A stretch of DNA of 64,000 nt from Macrostomum lignano. Taxonomy: Eukaryota. Both the position numbers and the translations under genes were made by a program. The notes under the pieces were generated by a model, which saw only the letters and a list, made by a program, of their open reading frames with translations, did not search any database and was not told where the DNA came from. Each line of letters begins with the position of its first letter. Position 1 is the first letter of the stretch. Shown here in pieces: positions 60,095-64,000 of the stretch. The DNA is taken from positions 666,638 to 730,637 of the forward strand of contig NIVC01000197.1 in assembly GCA_002269645.1 (NCBI GenBank). Reading direction: 5' to 3'.

Positions 60095-62777
60095 ATGAAC
60101 AGTCTGGAGTACCGCCTTGCCGCTCTGGCTGACAAGGAGCAGGTGTCCGTGTGCCACGGGGACGATCCCGGCACCATCTACAATGGCCTGGACTATGTGC
60201 CGCAGAGGTACCGCATGGCCCTGTCCAGCAGTAACAAAATCTGCGGCCTCTGCTTTGACAGGCAAGCTGGTAGAGTGGTGAGTGGAACTCGCCGATCAAA
60301 AGAGTCAACCAACATTTGCTGAATGTTTCACAACAAACTGACTACGAGCCGTATTCGTACCAGGGTTGCGGGCATCCTGGTCAAACGTCCACAGTGTCCA
60401 TCGTCTCAAAATCAGAGCTGAGGCAGTTTTGGCCATTCCCCTGACTCCTGAGTGCATGTGCTTCGAGTGCGCAGATAGTGTACACAGACACAAACTCATT
60501 CACACGTTCGCACAGCGTGTACAATGGCCTGACGACCTCTGGTTCGACTCCGTGTGTGGCCGAATTCATTTCCGGGCTTGTGCACGACAGTAGGCCGGCG
60601 GTTGTCGTTCGATCCGCACCCATGAGGGCCAGCCTCCAAGGCACAGAGACTGTACATGCCTGACGATTAGAAAATCGGGGCCGCTGTGCACCCTGTGTGA
60701 GCGTGTGTGCGAGTGCGTGCCTGTGTACAGTACGCTCGTATTAACGCGCTTGTATGCGTGCTCAGGAGTCACACGGACGGGCAGAATTGCCTCAGCGCTT
60801 TCAGTTCAGAGTGCCCGCAGCTTGCCTGCGAGTGTTTATTTTTCTAATCAATCAGTCAGTCAGTCAGTCAGTCAGTCCATTCTTCACAAGTTCAGGTGGC
60901 CTACGGTCAAATCTTCGTATTCGACGGCGGGCGCCACATGCTGCTGACAGGCCTGCGGGTGCATCCGCTCTACCAGGGCCGCGGAATCGCCACCGAGCTT
61001 CGCAACTTTCTCTGCCGCGAGACGCGCAAGAAATTTCCGGAAGTGAGCCCGGAAGTTCGATTCGGCGTCTACAAGCCGCAGTTCAGCAGCGCGGAGTTCT
61101 TCGCTCAGAACTTGGACTACACCCTGATCTCGAAGAGGGTGAGAAATTTTATTGAGGCGGCAAAATATCCCCTATTTCTAACTCTTATAAGCATAACTGG
61201 GGCATTTTGTTATTTCTCTTTTCAGCACTATTACGTGGTAAGCCGCACGGAAGTTAAAGTTGTTTCAATATTTTGATTGGAGTCAAGGGAGACGCAGAGA
61301 GACATGGTGAGACACTGTGAGACACTGTGAGACACTGTGAGACACGTTGAGACACTGTGAGACATTGTGAGACACTGTGAGACATGGTGAGACACTCTGA
61401 GACACTGTGATACATGGTGAGACATTGTGAGACACTGTGAGACACTGTGAAACACTGTGAGACACTGAGACACTGTGAGACACTGTGATACATGGTGAGA
61501 AACTGTGAGACACTGTGAGACACTGTGAGACACTGAGACACTGTGAGACACTGTGAGACGCTGAGACACTGTGAGACACTGTGATACATGGTGAGACACG
61601 GTGAGACACGGTGAGACACTGTGAGACATGGTGAGACACTCTGAGACACTGTGAAACACTATGAGACACTTACAGTCTCACAATAGTCAACTTCACAATG
61701 CCTCCCTCGCTAGACGGAGTTTCCCCTGTCCCAGCTGTCGCAGCTCCGTGACGCAATCTCCAGAGCCCGCAGCGCATCCGAGCTGCGCCATGCTCAGGAG
61801 GTCGTGTGGACCACCCGCAGCCGCCTGTACACCGCGATGCTGAAGGACTCGGCATTTCAGCAACTGTATAGTGGCTCCGTTATCTCCATCAACTTTGAGC
61901 TACTTGAACTGGACGAGTCTAACCTTGCTGTGCTGCCGGGAGACAGCGGAAGCGGCCCCGAAGGCGATGACAACGCTCCGAACAGCGTCATGGTCGCCAC
62001 GAACGACGGGCAGCTGGTGCTGGGGTACGGAAGCACTTTGTACTGCCGGAAGGGCCTGCGCGCGGACTTTGACTTGTACTGCAATGGACTGGATAGGGGT
62101 GAGACCGGCCTGGATTGGTTGAATTGTGACCGGATTGAGATGTGATGATGGATGTACTTACTCACTGGCCTGGGACATTGGGGCGCCAACCGACAGGAGC
62201 GGCCCACAAAGAGATAGGGGCGCCTACCAAAAGACAGGGGGGCCAACCAAGTGACAGGGGCGCCCACCAACTGACAGGGGCGCCAACCAAGAGACAAGGG
62301 CGCCAACCAAGTGACAGGGGCGCCAACCAAGAGACAAGGGCGCCAACCAAGAGACAGAGGCACCCACCAAGAGGCCAAATATTTGCACCCATTGAGGTTG
62401 CAGCCCGTCCAATTAAAGTTCCCGCACTGTTTTTCAGTCCCTACATATAATTGCGAATTCTTTGCGAATTTTCAGCGGACTTCTCATCCGAGACCCTAGC
62501 TGGTCTGTGCTCAAGCCTGGTGATCGGCTTCCTGTCTCAGCTTCTAGCCACCGATGGTGAGCAACTGGCCGCAATTCCTGAGCAATCGTTGTCGTTGTTC
62601 GTTTCGCTCGACTGTTTCAGCGGCACCAGTTTGAGTCCGTGCTCAAACTGCGATTTGGAGTCGCGATTGTCTGCCAGTCTCCAAAGCCTCATCAGCGAGG
62701 AGCTGATGCTCAGGCATCCGTTCTATTCCGAGGGCTGCCCCTACGCTCTGCTGAAGAGGAGAGTGCGATTGGATTGA
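60095..62777 (+). CDS. GNAT acetyltransferase, NAT16/histidine N-acetyltransferase-like, 5 exons, ~367 aa
   Basis: Exons 60095..60277, 60896..61138, 61226..61237, 61735..62098, 62476..62777 join in frame. IYNGLDYVPQRY; acetyl-CoA motif A GLRVHPLYQGRGIA; the C-terminal half ('ELLELDESNLAVL') resembles the NAT16-type extension. Confidence 0.82.
60416..60796. mobile_element. Two SINE family-2 copies in opposite orientation inside intron 1 of the GNAT gene
   Basis: Plus copy ~60535-60800 (B box CTGGTTCGACTCC, body gccgctgtgcaccctg); minus copy ~60416-60529. Confidence 0.7.
61287..61668. repeat. 10-bp minisatellite (gagacactgt)
   Basis: Fills GNAT intron 3. Confidence 0.95.
62180..62370. repeat. 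~20-bp minisatellite (gggcgccaaccaagagacag)
   Basis: About nine units in GNAT intron 4. Confidence 0.88.
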
Positions 62778-62892
62778 TGAGAGGAGGGTATCATGCACCT
62801 GATTGCACTGCTAATTGCACCGGATGCTTGCCTATGAGCTTACTGTGCTCAATGTACTGTCAAATAAAGTTAATAAATAACCTTTCATATGC

Positions 62893-63853
62893 GATGAGGC
62901 ACAAAAAGACACGGTCAGGCACAGAAAGACACGATGAGGCACAGGGAGACACGATGAGGCACATGGAGACACGGTGAGGCACATGGAGACACGGTGAGGC
63001 ACATGGCACATGGAGACACGGTGAGGCACAGAAATACGTGGTGAGGCACAGGGAGACACTGAGAGGCACATGGAGACACGGTGAGGCACATGGAGACACG
63101 GTGAGGCACAGGGAGACACGGTGAGGCACAGGGAGACACGGTGAGGCACAGGGAGACACCGTGAGGCACAGTGAGACACGGTGAGGCACATGGAGACACG
63201 GTGAGGCACAGGGAGACACGGTGAGGCACAGGGAGACACCGTGAGGCACAGGAGACACCGTGAGGCACATGGAGACACCGTGAGGCACAGGGAGACACTG
63301 AGAGGCACAGGGAGACACGGTGAGGCACAGGGAGACACGGTGAGGCACAGAGAGACACGGTGAGGCACAGGGAGACACTGAGAGGCACATGGAGACACCG
63401 TGAGGCACAGGAGACACGGTGAGGCACAGGGAGACACGGTGAGGCACAGGAGACACCGTGAGGCACATGGAGACACCGTGAGGCACAGGGAGACACGGTG
63501 AGGCACAGGGAGACACCGTGAGGCACAGGAGACACCGTGAGGCACATGGAGACACCGTGAGGCACAGGGAGACACTGAGAGGCACAGGGAGACACGGTGA
63601 GGCACAGGGAGACACGGTGAGGCACAGAGAGACACGGTGAGGCACAGGGAGACACTGAGAGGCACATGGAGACACCGTGAGGCACAGGAGACACGGTGAG
63701 GCACAGGGAGACACGGTGAGGCACAGGGAGACACGGTGAGGCACAGGGAGACACGGTGAGGCACAGGGAGACATGGTGAGGCACAGGGAGACACGGTGAG
63801 GCACAGGGAGACATGGTGAGGCACAGGGAGACACGGTGAGGCACAGGGAGACA
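62893..63853. repeat. 20-bp minisatellite (gtgaggcacagggagacacg)
   Basis: About 48 units. Confidence 0.96.
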
Positions 63854-64000
63854 GATTCTCTGGCATATTTGAAGTCTTAATGTGGCCCCTTAATTATCTT
63901 ACAGAATAGAATGTACGTATTCACCACAGGTAACTAATTTTAATTGTAAGATAAACGCTTGAGTTAAAAAATAAAAGTACACAATTGAACCGTTTTAAGT

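Noticed and set aside
53629-62777. Functional link between the His-containing FH dipeptide and the nearby histidine N-acetyltransferase-like gene
   Set aside because: It rests on proximity alone; the enzyme's substrate is unknown, it is likely cytosolic, and the peptides are luminal.

Overview
Eukaryotic (invertebrate animal) genomic DNA with spliced, mostly GC3-rich genes separated by many micro- and minisatellites, roughly a fifth to a quarter of the window by my estimate. Gene content and repeat style suggest a free-living flatworm such as Macrostomum; this is inference. I reconstructed eight protein-coding genes by hand from GT/GC-AG junctions: a Cys-less (Pro-loop) pentameric ligand-gated ion channel (+, ~8.7-13.6 kb), a secreted single-domain phospholipase B1-like GDSL lipase (-, 15.2-18.6 kb), a 14-3-3 (+, 23.0-24.7 kb), a P2X receptor (+, 33.3-41.7 kb), an orphan rhodopsin-like GPCR with ARC in place of DRY (-, 43.5-45.8 kb), two paralogous secreted peptide precursors sharing KR-QTDAW[S/N]GH (+, 53.3 and 57.6 kb), and a NAT16-like GNAT acetyltransferase with a 12-nt micro-exon (+, 60.1-62.8 kb). 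Mobile DNA includes a decayed mariner, a THAP9/P-like remnant, two MITEs (one hAT-type with an 8-bp TSD) and two tRNA-derived SINE families. The strongest leads are (1) a peptide-precursor family I do not recognise and (2) strongly over-represented short TA-bounded motifs (TACGAGCGTA, TACGAGTA, TACATGTA) that look like Tc1/mariner excision footprints, with an empty-site control inside the window. Most long ORFs in the supplied track are artefacts of tandem repeats. No CRISPR, rRNA or bona fide tRNA gene was found.
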